Shown: positions 17,946 through 28,583 of the stretch, in pieces
How the letters are laid out: each line of letters starts with the position of its first letter
Numbering within the stretch: position 1 is the stretch's first letter
Assembly: GCA_016214555.1 (NCBI GenBank)
Contig: JACROF010000016.1
Span: forward strand, 633 to 64,632
Length of the DNA: 64,000 nucleotides
Source of the DNA: Candidatus Levyibacteriota bacterium
GTDB lineage: Bacteria > Patescibacteriota > Microgenomatia > Levybacterales > UBA12049
Direction: 5' to 3'
Program-made: the position numbers and the translations under genes
Notes under the pieces: generated by a model
What the model was told of the DNA's origin: nothing
Seen by the model: only the letters and a program-made list of their open reading frames with translations
The model's database searches: none

Positions 17946-18577
17946 TATCCTATCTCCCTTCCTGATATAAGATCTGAAATGACATCGGTTACTTTAGCGG
18001 GATGGGGAATTCTGAGAAATTCAAAATTTGATTTAATACCTTCTGTCTGGATCAAAACATTGCCATAGTCAAAAAAGTTTTGGAAAAAGCCTCTTTGCAT
18101 GTATTCAACATCTACTATGCCTTCAATATCAGTCGCTGCAACATTTTTGCTTTGCAGATTTTCAACATCAATATCAACTACTCGAAGGGTTGTGATTAAG
18201 GCTATGTTGTAAAACCAACTAAGAAAATTCATATAAAAATAGCCAAAGACGATAAGATAATAAAAAAGTAAGATGACAAGAAGAAATTGAGGAGGTAATT
18301 CGGGAAGGATAACCAGCTGTAGTGTGTGAAAAAGAAAAACGACAATAGGGAGAAGTGTAAAAGCGATGGTTCCTGCTATCCAGTTAATATTGGTAATAAA
18401 ATGACGACGAAGGAATAGTAAGATTTCTTCATCTTTTTCCTGATTTTCAAACGTAATGCCTTCTGGAGCAATGTGGAAAGAGGCAAAAGGGTGCATCTCC
18501 CTTTTCTTAATCACAACTTTTCCTGGTTGAGGAATGCTCAGATCTTTATCAGGCTGCGCAACGTACAAGTCAGGCAT
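17945..18577 (-). CDS. Bacterial PH-domain membrane protein
   Basis: LRRH..2 TM..ITTLRVVD..FFDYGNVLIQTEG..IPHP. Confidence 0.8.
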   Translation of the reverse strand: MPDLYVAQPDKDLSIPQPGKVVIKKREMHPFASFHIAPEGITFENQEKDEEILLFLRRHFITNINWIAGTIAFTLLPIVVFLFHTLQLVILPELPPQFLLVILLFYYLIVFGYFYMNFLSWFYNIALITTLRVVDIDVENLQSKNVAATDIEGIVDVEYMQRGFFQNFFDYGNVLIQTEGIKSNFEFLRIPHPAKVTDVISDLISGREIG

Positions 18578-18618
18578 ATCGGTATTATACTCAATTACGC
18601 TAAAGGATGTATATAGGA

Positions 18619-20331
18619 CTATTTATGCTCAATATTAAAGAATGCAAATCCGCTTTGGGGGATCGACATGTAGCCAGGAGCGCGAAGATTAAATGCTGTT
18701 TTGAAATTTCCTGCATTTAGTCTTTTTTCTCCTTTATCGGTCTGAAACACCACCTCATTTGAGGAGCCATTTCCTTGGATAACGCTAGCTCCTGAAACTG
18801 ATGAGATACCTCCTCCATATGAGGATGAGATTGATCTAAGCTCGTCCATGCTATATGGGTTGCCTCCCCAACAGCTGGTAGTAACAGGGGTAACTCTCCC
18901 AGTATCAGCTCCACTTCCTCCTCCGTACATAACATAATAAGCATTTATCAAATCAGCCATTTCACTACTATTGAGCCAGGGATTGGCACGACCACAACTA
19001 TCACCTGAGGAGCTATAGCCTTTTCTGTACCAGGATTTATAGAACCAGGGAGATCCGGCGAGCTTTTCATACGCCCTTTCTGAGAAGCTTGAGCCACCAC
19101 TGCCGTCTGTTGTATCCCACCCAAGCGGACTAACATAGCCGCCAGTGGTTGATGAAAAATAGGTGACAACATCCTCAAGAACTTGTCCGCGAGTATCCTG
19201 AACTGCTTGTCTCCATGCTTCGGGAGGGTTAGATGCTTTTCCTGAGTTATAGACTTGGCATGATTCTGTCGCGCAGATTTCTTGTCCTTGCGATTTGTAT
19301 CGGTATGCATAGGTCCTTGCAGCAATTGCTTGAGCCTTGAGAGCTTCTCTTGGCCAACTGCTTGGCATTTCCGCAATTCCTAAAAGATATTGATCTTCAA
19401 AGCTCATGGAACCATATCCAGAAACACTGATATCGCCGCCTGTATCTTTTGATACGGGCTCTTTTCCGTAATATGCCTTGAGAATAGTTTTATAATCTTG
19501 GCCGGCATTAGCTCTTCCAAGCGCTCCGTACTGACTAAGGCCTTTTCGGTGGGTATAGGCTCCAAAGGAAAAAGCGGCAAACGATCCGCCGGGTGCGCTA
19601 TCTCGAAATCCTTTAATGGAAGCATTGTAGTCATCAGCTAAATCACTATCTCCCATGGTTGCCGTAAATCCTCCGGATCTTGCGCTGAGGATTTCATTTT
19701 GTTTTGCTGTTAAAGCAGCAAGTTCTGAGGAAACTTGAGCCTGATATGCCTTTGCCCCTTTAATTACGCCGTCTAGTTTGCTTGACTGCTCATCCAGTGA
19801 AGACTTAATGCCGATTAATTTTTTTTGTTCCTTTTCAAGTTGGTCCTTCCTCTCTTCCAGGTCAGTAAGCGTGAGGGCGATATTGGTAATAATCTCTTTG
19901 TCTTGATTTGTTTTAGCTCGTTGGTAAGCAAGAATTCTGGTTATGTCAGAGGCATTATTTGATGAAAGGAAAAGAGAAAGAGGGCTATTGTAGTAGCTTT
20001 TGATATAGTAATTTCTTACTGTCTGGTTGAGGATTTTTTCCTTTGCTGCCATGTTTTTATACCCTTTTTCGATGTTGTTTTTTTTAACAATCATTTCTTG
20101 TTCAACAAAAGACACTCGATTTTTAATCCCTGAGATTTGTGACTCAAGAGCGTTAAGCTGTGACTCAAGTGGTTTTGTTGCTGCAACTGATTGATTAAGA
20201 GCAGAGGTGAGATCACTTATCTGTTTATTAAGATCATCTAGTTCATCAGAGTATGTTTTGGTGATGGGAAGCGTGCTGATGCTAATAATGACGATAACAA
20301 TACTAAAAAGATAACGAAGGAATTTGGGCAT
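18619..20331 (-). CDS. SpoIID/LytB domain protein with N-terminal coiled coil
   Basis: EMPSSWPREALKAQAIAARTYA, ICATESCQVY. Confidence 0.88.
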   Translation of the reverse strand: MPKFLRYLFSIVIVIISISTLPITKTYSDELDDLNKQISDLTSALNQSVAATKPLESQLNALESQISGIKNRVSFVEQEMIVKKNNIEKGYKNMAAKEKILNQTVRNYYIKSYYNSPLSLFLSSNNASDITRILAYQRAKTNQDKEIITNIALTLTDLEERKDQLEKEQKKLIGIKSSLDEQSSKLDGVIKGAKAYQAQVSSELAALTAKQNEILSARSGGFTATMGDSDLADDYNASIKGFRDSAPGGSFAAFSFGAYTHRKGLSQYGALGRANAGQDYKTILKAYYGKEPVSKDTGGDISVSGYGSMSFEDQYLLGIAEMPSSWPREALKAQAIAARTYAYRYKSQGQEICATESCQVYNSGKASNPPEAWRQAVQDTRGQVLEDVVTYFSSTTGGYVSPLGWDTTDGSGGSSFSERAYEKLAGSPWFYKSWYRKGYSSSGDSCGRANPWLNSSEMADLINAYYVMYGGGSGADTGRVTPVTTSCWGGNPYSMDELRSISSSYGGGISSVSGASVIQGNGSSNEVVFQTDKGEKRLNAGNFKTAFNLRAPGYMSIPQSGFAFFNIEHK

Positions 20332-20416
20332 CTAACTATTATAGCAAACAAAAGCAACATCAAGCGCTTGCAAACTCGAAAAAGTATGATAAACTCAGGA
20401 ATACTTTTGCAAACTT

Positions 20417-21013
20417 ATGGCAGACGAATTTCCTAACCTCTCCTCTTACACCAATCGAGAACCATCATCGCCTAAAAAAAAGGCATTTTTATATGTAAGT
20501 ATTTTTGTTCTTCTTATAGGGGGAGCAATTTTTTTTGGAAATTACTTTTTGAGTCCTCAAAGATCAAAGCAGGCAAGTGCTGCTCCTACTTCTGTACCAA
20601 CTGTAACCCCAACGCCAACAAGTGTTGCTAAGACAGTTACTCCCTCGATGACGCCTAAAGCCACCCAGGCATCAACACCTTCTCCAACAGGAAAAAAGAC
20701 AACACTATCACCAACACAGGAGCCAACGAGTACGGCAAAGCTTCGCATAGAGGTTCTTAACGGCTCTGGAAAATCAGGCGCAGCAAGTGTAATGGCTTCA
20801 TTTCTTAAAGAAAAAGGATATCTTATTACTTCAGCAGGCAATGCCGATACGTTTGATTATCAGCAAACAGAAATTCAAATAAAAAAAAGTAAATCATCAA
20901 ATCTATCTCAGCTAAAAAAAGATCTTTCCTCAACCTATGAAGTGGCAAGCACCGTTGAAACGCTTGCTGAATCTTCATCAGCTGATGCTATAGTTATAGT
21001 GGGCGCTGAATAA
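20417..21013 (+). CDS. LytR C-terminal domain protein
   Basis: TM, Thr/Pro linker, IEVLNGSGKSGAA..GNAD..VIVG. Confidence 0.85.
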   Translation: MADEFPNLSSYTNREPSSPKKKAFLYVSIFVLLIGGAIFFGNYFLSPQRSKQASAAPTSVPTVTPTPTSVAKTVTPSMTPKATQASTPSPTGKKTTLSPTQEPTSTAKLRIEVLNGSGKSGAASVMASFLKEKGYLITSAGNADTFDYQQTEIQIKKSKSSNLSQLKKDLSSTYEVASTVETLAESSSADAIVIVGAE

Positions 21014-21022
21014 AAATCTTCC

Positions 21023-21961
21023 ATGATATATGACGTTGTCACGATAGGAAATGTTCTTATCGATGCTTTCTTGCATCTCTCTGATCACGCAAATTTAGTT
21101 CGAGCTGATTCTCATACTAACGAGCTTAGAATAGGGCTTGGGCAAAAGATTCCACTGGATGGATATGATTTGCAGATGGGAGGGAATGCTGCAAACGTTG
21201 CTGTAGGACTTAGAAGAACTGGTTATAAAAGCGCTTTGATGGCAGAGGTTGGTGAAGACGAGTTAAGCAGTAAAATATTGCATGACTTAGAAAAAGAAAA
21301 GGTAGAGATGGAGCTTTTACATAAAGGAAAAGGGACGACTTCTTTATCTGTTGGACTACAGTATAAGAATGAACGGATACTTTTTACCCATCATCAGCAA
21401 AGAGAACACAATTTTGATTTTAGTTCTTTTCAAACGAGACTTATCTATCTTACCTCCCTTGGTCACTCCTGGTTACCTACCTATAAAAAGGCGGCAGAGT
21501 ATGTGCAAAAACACCACACGCTTCTTGCCTTTAACCCAGGATCGATACAGCTTTTAGACGGCGCTGAATCATTTTCTTTTCTTTTTCCACTTCTTACCGT
21601 CCTTTTTGTCAATAAAGAAGAGGCAGAAAAAATAGTAGGGGAAAAATTACCAACCCAAGACCTTCTGACTGCTCTTCAAAAAAAAGGGTCAATGACAGTG
21701 TGCTTGACCGATGGAGAAAAAGGAGCCTATGCTATAGATAGTCAAGGGCAAGCGTATTACCAGGAGAAAATAGCGTGTCCTGTTATTGAAAAGACGGGAG
21801 CAGGGGATGCTTTTGCATCTGGATTTTTGGCAGCGATGCTTTCAAAACACTCTATTAAAGACGCAATGCTTTTTGGGGCACATAATGCTGCATCGGTTAT
21901 TGGTCATATGGGAGCTCAGAAGGGGTTACTTGAGAAAGAAGATTTAGAGAGAAAGTTATGA
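21023..21961 (+). CDS. PfkB family carbohydrate kinase
   Basis: GGNAANVAVG and EKTGAGDAFASG signatures. Confidence 0.92.
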   Translation: MIYDVVTIGNVLIDAFLHLSDHANLVRADSHTNELRIGLGQKIPLDGYDLQMGGNAANVAVGLRRTGYKSALMAEVGEDELSSKILHDLEKEKVEMELLHKGKGTTSLSVGLQYKNERILFTHHQQREHNFDFSSFQTRLIYLTSLGHSWLPTYKKAAEYVQKHHTLLAFNPGSIQLLDGAESFSFLFPLLTVLFVNKEEAEKIVGEKLPTQDLLTALQKKGSMTVCLTDGEKGAYAIDSQGQAYYQEKIACPVIEKTGAGDAFASGFLAAMLSKHSIKDAMLFGAHNAASVIGHMGAQKGLLEKEDLERKL

Positions 21962-22410
21962 AAACAATTTTTATTGGAGCAGACCATAGAGGATTTGAGC
22001 TTAAAAATGAGATCGTAAAGTCTTTAATGGATAAAAAGTATTCTGTTGTTGATATGGGAGCAGATCAAGAAAACAAAACAGATGACTTTGTCGATTTCGC
22101 AACTTTAGTAGGAGGAAAAGTAAGCACGACTCCTGATGCTTTTGGAGTATTACTTTGCGGAAGTGGAGTAGGGATGTGTATCGCAGCTAATAAAATTCCT
22201 TCGATACGATGTGCCGTTGGTCATAGTCTGGAGGAAATTCGTCTTGCTAGACAGGATGATAACATTAATATTCTTTCATTATCAGCTGATACACTCTCAA
22301 AAGAGGATGCGATCTCTTTTGTAGAAGAGTTTTTGGAAACCGATTTTGTTCCTCAAGAAAGGTATCTTCGACGAATTGCAAAAATTGAAAGCCTTGAACA
22401 TCATGCTTGA
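21958..22410 (+). CDS. rpiB: Ribose-5-phosphate isomerase B
   Basis: GADHRG, CGSGVG..ANK. Confidence 0.93.
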   Translation: MKTIFIGADHRGFELKNEIVKSLMDKKYSVVDMGADQENKTDDFVDFATLVGGKVSTTPDAFGVLLCGSGVGMCIAANKIPSIRCAVGHSLEEIRLARQDDNINILSLSADTLSKEDAISFVEEFLETDFVPQERYLRRIAKIESLEHHA

Positions 22411-23041
22411 ATTAATTCCGGGTATTTTAGAAAAAGAGTGGGAAGCCATTAAGGAAAAGCTTGAACTTGCATCCCAAGTTACCAACACTGTTCACATTGA
22501 TATTATGGATGGAGTTTTGACTCCAGAAAAAACTTTCCTAGACCCACAACCATTTAAGAAATACACCCGATCATTGTATCTTGAGGTTCATATGATGGTT
22601 AAAAACCCTATTGTGTATTTGGAGCAATTTGCTCAAGCTGGATTTAGGAGGTTTTTAGGTCACATTGAAATGATGGATAGCCAAGAAGAGTTTGTAGCTA
22701 AAGCAGGAGAGCTTGGTGAGGTAGGCCTTGCGTTTGATGGGTTGACGAGTATTTCTGCAATAAACGTGCCGATTGAAAATTTGGATACGTTGCTTCTTTT
22801 TACCGGAGAGAGAATTGGAAAGTCAGGGCAAAGCCTTCTTCCTGAAAGGCTTGAAAAAATTTCGTCATTTCATAAAATTCACGATAATCTTTCTATAACA
22901 GTTGACGGAGGGATAAATGATAAGACAATATTACAAGCTATGCATGCAGGAGCTAGCAGGTTTGTAGCTACATCTGCATTATTTCACACAAAGGATTTTA
23001 TCTCCTCATATCAACATATGAAAAAAAGCCTTCAGTATTGA
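22403..23041 (+). CDS. rpe: Ribulose-phosphate 3-epimerase
   Basis: HIDIMDG, EVHMMV, VDGGIN; ATG 22403 overlaps rpiB end. Confidence 0.9.
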   Translation: MLELIPGILEKEWEAIKEKLELASQVTNTVHIDIMDGVLTPEKTFLDPQPFKKYTRSLYLEVHMMVKNPIVYLEQFAQAGFRRFLGHIEMMDSQEEFVAKAGELGEVGLAFDGLTSISAINVPIENLDTLLLFTGERIGKSGQSLLPERLEKISSFHKIHDNLSITVDGGINDKTILQAMHAGASRFVATSALFHTKDFISSYQHMKKSLQY

Positions 23042-23049
23042 TCTGAGGG

Positions 23050-25272
23050 TTAAGGAGTTTTTGGAGTAAGTGAAGGAAAATTTGTTCTGCATGAGCTCTG
23101 TGACTCAGTACCTCTGACAAAGTACTCAGTTCTTCCAAAGCAAGGGACGGCAATAATATCAGGCGGTGGGCTTACTGTAGGCTCTTTTTTTTGAGAAAGA
23201 AGCTGGGTCATAATTTTATTCCAGATTGGGGCTGCTCCAGTGATACCTGATGCGAGAGTTTGGCTCATGGGGGTATTGTCATTATTCCCAACCCACACAA
23301 TGGTCACAAAATTTGCAGTATAACCATTTGTCCAGTTATCTCTTTTGTTATCTGAAGTTCCTGTTTTGACAGAGACTTTATGTCCTGGAATAACAAGCGG
23401 GGATGACGATCCAAACGCCATGCTTCGAGCCTTGTTGTCTGAAAGGATATCTGAGATGATATAAGACGTTGCAGGTGTTAGAACCTGTGTTCCTGATGGT
23501 TCTCTTTTTTCCTCAAGAGTAGCCCCTTTGTAGTCAGTAATTTTAAGTATGGGATTAAGATCAACCCTTTTCCCTTGATTGGCCAGCGCACCATTAACCG
23601 TTGCCATATCAAGCATAGTTACCTCAGCAGCGCCAAGAGTAAGTGAGAGGCCATAATTCTCTGGTTCATTCCAGTTCCTAATGCCCATATCTTTACCAAG
23701 CTTTATCATTGTTGGGACACCGATTTGGGAAAGGATTTTTACAGCAGGAATGTTAAGAGAGTTTGCAAGAGCGATGCGAAGAGGGACTTTTCCGCGATAT
23801 TTCCCGTCATAGTTAACAGGAGAGTAGATACTTGTACCAAGATTAAAGCTTATAGGAGAATCATCAATGATTGACCCTGCAGTAAACCCATTCTCTAAAG
23901 CAGCACTATAGGTAATAATTTTTACTGATGACCCTGGTTGTCTAAGAGATGTGGCAAGGTTGACGTTGCCGCTTGTCGGATCATTGAAGTTTTTACTTCC
24001 AATCATCGCAAGAATATCTCCGTTTTGAGGATTTGTTACAACTGCTGCGCCATTTGAGATGTTAAGATACCCATCTTTTGCTATTTCTTCTGAAACAATT
24101 TTTTGAACTGTATCATTGAGGCTAAGATCGAGAGTAGTTTTTACCTGAAGACCACCTTTTTCAACCATCGCGATGCCATACTTGTTAACAAGAAAGTCAC
24201 GAATATAATTCACAAAATGTGGTGCTTTAAAAGCGGCTTGCTGTGTATTAAAGATGAGCTTTTCTTTTGCTGCTGTGTCTGCCTCTTTTTGAGTAATATA
24301 AGAAAGTTTTACCATTCGTGAGAGAACTTCTTTTTGTCGATTTTTCCAAACGTTTTCCGTTGAAGAGAAGGGCGAGTAGGTGGATGGCGCAGATGTCAAA
24401 CCTGCAAGAAAAGCGCTTTCGGCAAGAGAAAGATTTTTAACGTGTTTGTTAAAGTAAATCTCAGATGCCGCTTCAATTCCCCATGCTGTGCCTCCATAAG
24501 GGACCTGGTTAAAATACATTTCCAATATCTCATTTTTTGTGTATATCCTCTCTGCCCAGAAGGCAAGAATAATTTCTTTTACTTTCCTCTCAATGCTTTG
24601 TTCAGGAGAAAGCATTGAGGACTTGATAAGCTGCTGAGTAATAGTAGACCCTCCTTGTAGTATCTTGCCAGCATGATTATTTGTTTGTAATGCTCTAAGA
24701 ATTGAGGAGATGTCAAACCCTGGATGGCGATAGAAATTTTTATCTTCAATAGCAAGGGTGGCATTTTTTAAAGAAAGCGGTATGCTCGAGAGGGGAACAA
24801 GCGTTCTGTTTTGAGATGCATAAATTTCATAAAGGAGCTCACCATCTCTAGCATAAATCTTTGTTGTTTGGGGGATTTGTCTTGTTGTTAATTCTTTTGG
24901 ATGAGGGAGGTCTTGGAGAAAGACAATAAAAACAAGAGGAAGAAATATGAAGAAAAAAGAGAAGATAAACCCTATCAAAAAATACCGAATCTTGATGAGT
25001 GTTGTTTGATGAAAAAAGATTTTCTTTCTCCTTTTTTCCTTTTTAACTTTTTTTCGATGCCTGAGGTTTGACAAGGCTTTTTGCGTAGTTTTTGTAGTAC
25101 TAACAATGGCATGAAGGCCTAGAGCACATATTTTTCTGACTCCATGTAAAATACTTAATGCCAAGAGAACAAAAAGTTTTACTATCAAGATAGCTAGATT
25201 ACCAATGATGATAAAAAAAAGTGCTATAAAACGTAAGAATATAAATATAAGATACATAAAAATGTTCCTCAA
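23050..25272 (-). CDS. Class A penicillin-binding protein
   Basis: AIEDKNFY.H, GGSTITQQL, RQPGSSVK, SLN, KTGT. Confidence 0.93.
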   Translation of the reverse strand: MRNIFMYLIFIFLRFIALFFIIIGNLAILIVKLFVLLALSILHGVRKICALGLHAIVSTTKTTQKALSNLRHRKKVKKEKRRKKIFFHQTTLIKIRYFLIGFIFSFFFIFLPLVFIVFLQDLPHPKELTTRQIPQTTKIYARDGELLYEIYASQNRTLVPLSSIPLSLKNATLAIEDKNFYRHPGFDISSILRALQTNNHAGKILQGGSTITQQLIKSSMLSPEQSIERKVKEIILAFWAERIYTKNEILEMYFNQVPYGGTAWGIEAASEIYFNKHVKNLSLAESAFLAGLTSAPSTYSPFSSTENVWKNRQKEVLSRMVKLSYITQKEADTAAKEKLIFNTQQAAFKAPHFVNYIRDFLVNKYGIAMVEKGGLQVKTTLDLSLNDTVQKIVSEEIAKDGYLNISNGAAVVTNPQNGDILAMIGSKNFNDPTSGNVNLATSLRQPGSSVKIITYSAALENGFTAGSIIDDSPISFNLGTSIYSPVNYDGKYRGKVPLRIALANSLNIPAVKILSQIGVPTMIKLGKDMGIRNWNEPENYGLSLTLGAAEVTMLDMATVNGALANQGKRVDLNPILKITDYKGATLEEKREPSGTQVLTPATSYIISDILSDNKARSMAFGSSSPLVIPGHKVSVKTGTSDNKRDNWTNGYTANFVTIVWVGNNDNTPMSQTLASGITGAAPIWNKIMTQLLSQKKEPTVSPPPDIIAVPCFGRTEYFVRGTESQSSCRTNFPSLTPKTP

Positions 25273-25371
25273 AGAATAGGCAGCTTACCCCAATTTGTGG
25301 ATAATTTCAAAGAAGAGAAAGAATTTGCAAGATTATACTAAAGCAAATCAGGCTTGAAAAGGAGGAAAAAG

Positions 25372-25716
25372 TTAGAGGCCTGCTGCGTCTTGATCAAGAA
25401 TAGTAAGCTCTTGCGTTGGATCTCCCGTATCAAGAGCGTTGATTTCCTCAACATCACTAGAGGATGTCGTTGTAATAGAGGGTGTTATGGAAGAGGTGGG
25501 TGATGACACTTGTGGAGCAAGAGAGGAGGCATCTTGATTGGTAGTCTGATTGATAATCATAAAAAGAATCATGCTAATAAAGAGGATAACAAGAGCAATG
25601 ATGGATATAATAAGATAGAGAGATTTTTTATTTGCTTGTGCATTTACTCCCGGATCTTGGATGGGCGTTGATGGAGGCGTCTGGGGCGCTTGAGATGGTA
25701 TAGGTTGTTGTTCCAT
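25372..25716 (-). CDS. Hypothetical single-TM protein
   Basis: Pro-rich N-terminus, TM, Ser/Thr-rich tail. Confidence 0.65.
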   Translation of the reverse strand: MEQQPIPSQAPQTPPSTPIQDPGVNAQANKKSLYLIISIIALVILFISMILFMIINQTTNQDASSLAPQVSSPTSSITPSITTTSSSDVEEINALDTGDPTQELTILDQDAAGL

Positions 25717-25719
25717 AGC

Positions 25720-26310
25720 TTATTCTATTGTAGACGTATTAGGGATTTCTTGATGGATTAACGTAACTGCTTTTATTACTGCCTCACGAGCTGCTGCAAC
25801 TGCCTGATGCGTTGTTCTTATATCGTTACGAAAGAGAGAGAGTGTCTCTTTTACTGCTTCTCTGAGTGTTGTTTCATCGACAATGGTGATTACGTAATCT
25901 TTTTCTTGCTGTGTCGCAACAGCATCTTTTGCATCTTCAATAAGTATCTCAGCATTGGCAACAGCATCTTTTGCCTCGATTGAGTCAGATGTAGCCGCAG
26001 CAGTAGCTAAGATGGTTGACATTCGGGTAAGCGAGTTGCTCATAGTTGCTGTTAGTGTCTGGTTGACTTTTGCTATACGCTCGTCGATATTTTTGGTGAG
26101 ATTTTTTTTCTTTTCGTCTTTTATCTGAGAGAGTTTTTCTTTAAATGTCTCTCTCGCTTTTTCTCGAGTTTTATTTTGCAATGGTTCCCTTTTGGTAGTT
26201 GTGGATGGAGGTATTTGGGCAATGTAATTGAGTTGACTTGAGGAGAGGGCAAAAGTATGTAGCGGAAAAGAAATACCAAGTATAAAGAGAATACTAAACA
26301 GGTATCTCAT
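25720..26310 (-). CDS. Secreted coiled-coil hypothetical protein
   Basis: Signal peptide plus helical Ala/Lys/Glu-rich body. Confidence 0.7.
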   Translation of the reverse strand: MRYLFSILFILGISFPLHTFALSSSQLNYIAQIPPSTTTKREPLQNKTREKARETFKEKLSQIKDEKKKNLTKNIDERIAKVNQTLTATMSNSLTRMSTILATAAATSDSIEAKDAVANAEILIEDAKDAVATQQEKDYVITIVDETTLREAVKETLSLFRNDIRTTHQAVAAAREAVIKAVTLIHQEIPNTSTIE

Positions 26311-26346
26311 AAGTAAAGATCATACTATGACATCTGAGAATAATTG

Positions 26347-28506
26347 TCAAGGCGAGGGAGTTGGAGTTGGGTGAGAGCAGGTAACACAATATCTATTATT
26401 GAGAGGATCAGTGACAATCAAATGTTCTCTTTCTTCAACATTATCTGTTTGCCCTGGCTTAGCAAGGTCTTGTGTAGTTTTATCGATAAAGACTTTTTGT
26501 AGACCAGGATCAACTTTTTTAGGTTCAGTTCCTTTGATAAAGTACTCAAAGCGAGTAGGGCATGACCCCTGCTGGGGAGGGATAAGGCCAGATGTTGCAC
26601 AGACTGTTTTTCCTATCACATTGTCAGGCTTTGCTAGTTTGGGGACTGGGGCATTCCCAATAAGGTGAGTTGTTAGAGTGTTCCAGATAGGAGCAGCTCC
26701 CGTGACTCCTGATGCAATATTATTCATAGGAGTATTGTCGTTATTTCCTACCCACACGACGACAACGAAATTGGGCGTGTATCCAATAGTCCAATTGTCA
26801 CGTAAATCATTTGTTGTCCCTGTTTTGACAGCCACAGGAAGGTTTTTGCCAATACGAAGCAGTGAGTTTGGTCCAAATGCAAGAGTGCGAGCTCCGTTAT
26901 CGGAGAGAATGTCTGAGATGATAAATGAGATTCCACTGGGGAGAACTCTTTCACCAAAAATTGGACTCGTTGGTGGTGTATATCGTTCAAGGGTTCGTCC
27001 ATGACTATCTATTACGCTCAGGATAGGATGAAGATCCATGCGGTAGCCGTTATTGGCAAACACGCCATATGCCGTTGCCATCTCAAGCATAGTAACCTCA
27101 CCACCACCAAGTGTGAGTGACAAGCCGTAGCGAGAAGGGTCGCTGTTATAGGAGGTAATTCCCATTGCTGATGCGGTGGCTATCATACTTTCGATAGTGT
27201 TGAGTTTTAGCATCTGTACAGCCGAGGTGTTGATAGAATTACCAAGCGCATAGCGCAGCTGTATGACACCGTGATACTTGCCGTCGTAGTTTTTTGGACA
27301 ATAGGCAGGCCCAGTAATATTTGGATAGCAGGTAGCCTGGTCTACAAAAGGTGTTGCAGCAGTGTAGCCTTTTATGAGGCCAACAGCATAATTGATCGGC
27401 TTTATCGATGAGCCAGGTTGTCTATGGGCAAGGGTAACATTGACATTTCCATCAGATGCAGTGTCGAAATAATCTTTACTCCCAACCATCGCTAGTATTT
27501 CCCCTGTTCCAGGCTTGGTGATAAGAGAAGCTGCATTGCCAACATGGTAATTTTTTAACTTCGCTACTTCTGTCGCAATAGTATCTTGAGCAAAATTTTG
27601 AAGAGAAATATCAAGGCTGGTTTTGACACTGAGGCCTCCTTGTTCTACTGTTTTTGAACCATATTTCTTAACGAGTAGGTCTTTGATGTAGAGAACAAAA
27701 TGTGGTGCAAGAATAGGATTGCTTATTTTTCGATATGTGAGGGGTTGTTTTTTTGCCTGCGCATAATCGTTGTCTGATATGAGATGTTGATCTTTCATTG
27801 CTGTTAGAATTTCAAGTTGTCTTTTTTTAGCAAGCTCCGGACGAGATCCAAAAGGTGAATAGGTTGTGGGTGATTCTGGTAAACCTGCTAATAGAGCTGA
27901 TTCAGCAAGAGTGAGGTCTTTGGCTTTTTTCCCAAAATATGTTTGGGCAGCTGCTTCAACACCATAGGCTGTTCCTCCATAAGGAACTTGATTAAGATAC
28001 ATTTCAAGAATTTTTTCTTTTGAGTAAAACATTTCTGTAATGACAGAAAGGAGGACCTCTTTCACTTTTCGCTTGATGGTTCTTTCAGGACTTAGAAGGC
28101 TTGTTTTTACCAGTTGCTGCGTAAGTGTTGAGCCTCCCTGGAGATCCTTTTTGAAAATAGTTGCGTATGAAGCTCTTAAAATGCCTCGCATGTCAATAGC
28201 ACCATGCTTATAAAATTCTTTATCTTCAATGGCAATAGTAGCATTTTGAAGCGACAATGGAATTTGGGACAAAGGGATAAATGTCTGATTCTTATCAGCG
28301 TATATGGTGTAAAGAAGGTTTCCAGATCTATCATAAATCTTTGTTGATTGAGGAAGGGCTTTACTTGTGAGGGCAGTAGGCGAGGGAAGGTCTTTGATGA
28401 TAAAAAAGTAAAAAATAAAAGCAAGAACGAAAATAGGAAGAGCAATATAGAGCATTCTCTTTCGTTTTTTTAGTGTAACTTTTTTGAAAATAATTTTTTT
28501 TGACAT
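26347..28506 (-). CDS. Class A penicillin-binding protein (second paralog)
   Basis: AIEDKEFYKH, GGSTLTQQL, RQPGSSIK, KTGT; ATG 28506 lies 6 nt after TATCAT. Confidence 0.93.
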   Translation of the reverse strand: MSKKIIFKKVTLKKRKRMLYIALPIFVLAFIFYFFIIKDLPSPTALTSKALPQSTKIYDRSGNLLYTIYADKNQTFIPLSQIPLSLQNATIAIEDKEFYKHGAIDMRGILRASYATIFKKDLQGGSTLTQQLVKTSLLSPERTIKRKVKEVLLSVITEMFYSKEKILEMYLNQVPYGGTAYGVEAAAQTYFGKKAKDLTLAESALLAGLPESPTTYSPFGSRPELAKKRQLEILTAMKDQHLISDNDYAQAKKQPLTYRKISNPILAPHFVLYIKDLLVKKYGSKTVEQGGLSVKTSLDISLQNFAQDTIATEVAKLKNYHVGNAASLITKPGTGEILAMVGSKDYFDTASDGNVNVTLAHRQPGSSIKPINYAVGLIKGYTAATPFVDQATCYPNITGPAYCPKNYDGKYHGVIQLRYALGNSINTSAVQMLKLNTIESMIATASAMGITSYNSDPSRYGLSLTLGGGEVTMLEMATAYGVFANNGYRMDLHPILSVIDSHGRTLERYTPPTSPIFGERVLPSGISFIISDILSDNGARTLAFGPNSLLRIGKNLPVAVKTGTTNDLRDNWTIGYTPNFVVVVWVGNNDNTPMNNIASGVTGAAPIWNTLTTHLIGNAPVPKLAKPDNVIGKTVCATSGLIPPQQGSCPTRFEYFIKGTEPKKVDPGLQKVFIDKTTQDLAKPGQTDNVEEREHLIVTDPLNNRYCVTCSHPTPTPSP

Positions 28507-28583
28507 GCTTGTATGATACCATTCACTGGTTTTTCTGCCAAACAAAGAGTGATGGCGCGTGTTTATATTGCTATAATAATTTT

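Noticed and set aside
25296-25304. DnaA box TGTGGATAA as oriC
   Set aside because: Single box in a short intergenic gap, with no dnaA/dnaN or box cluster
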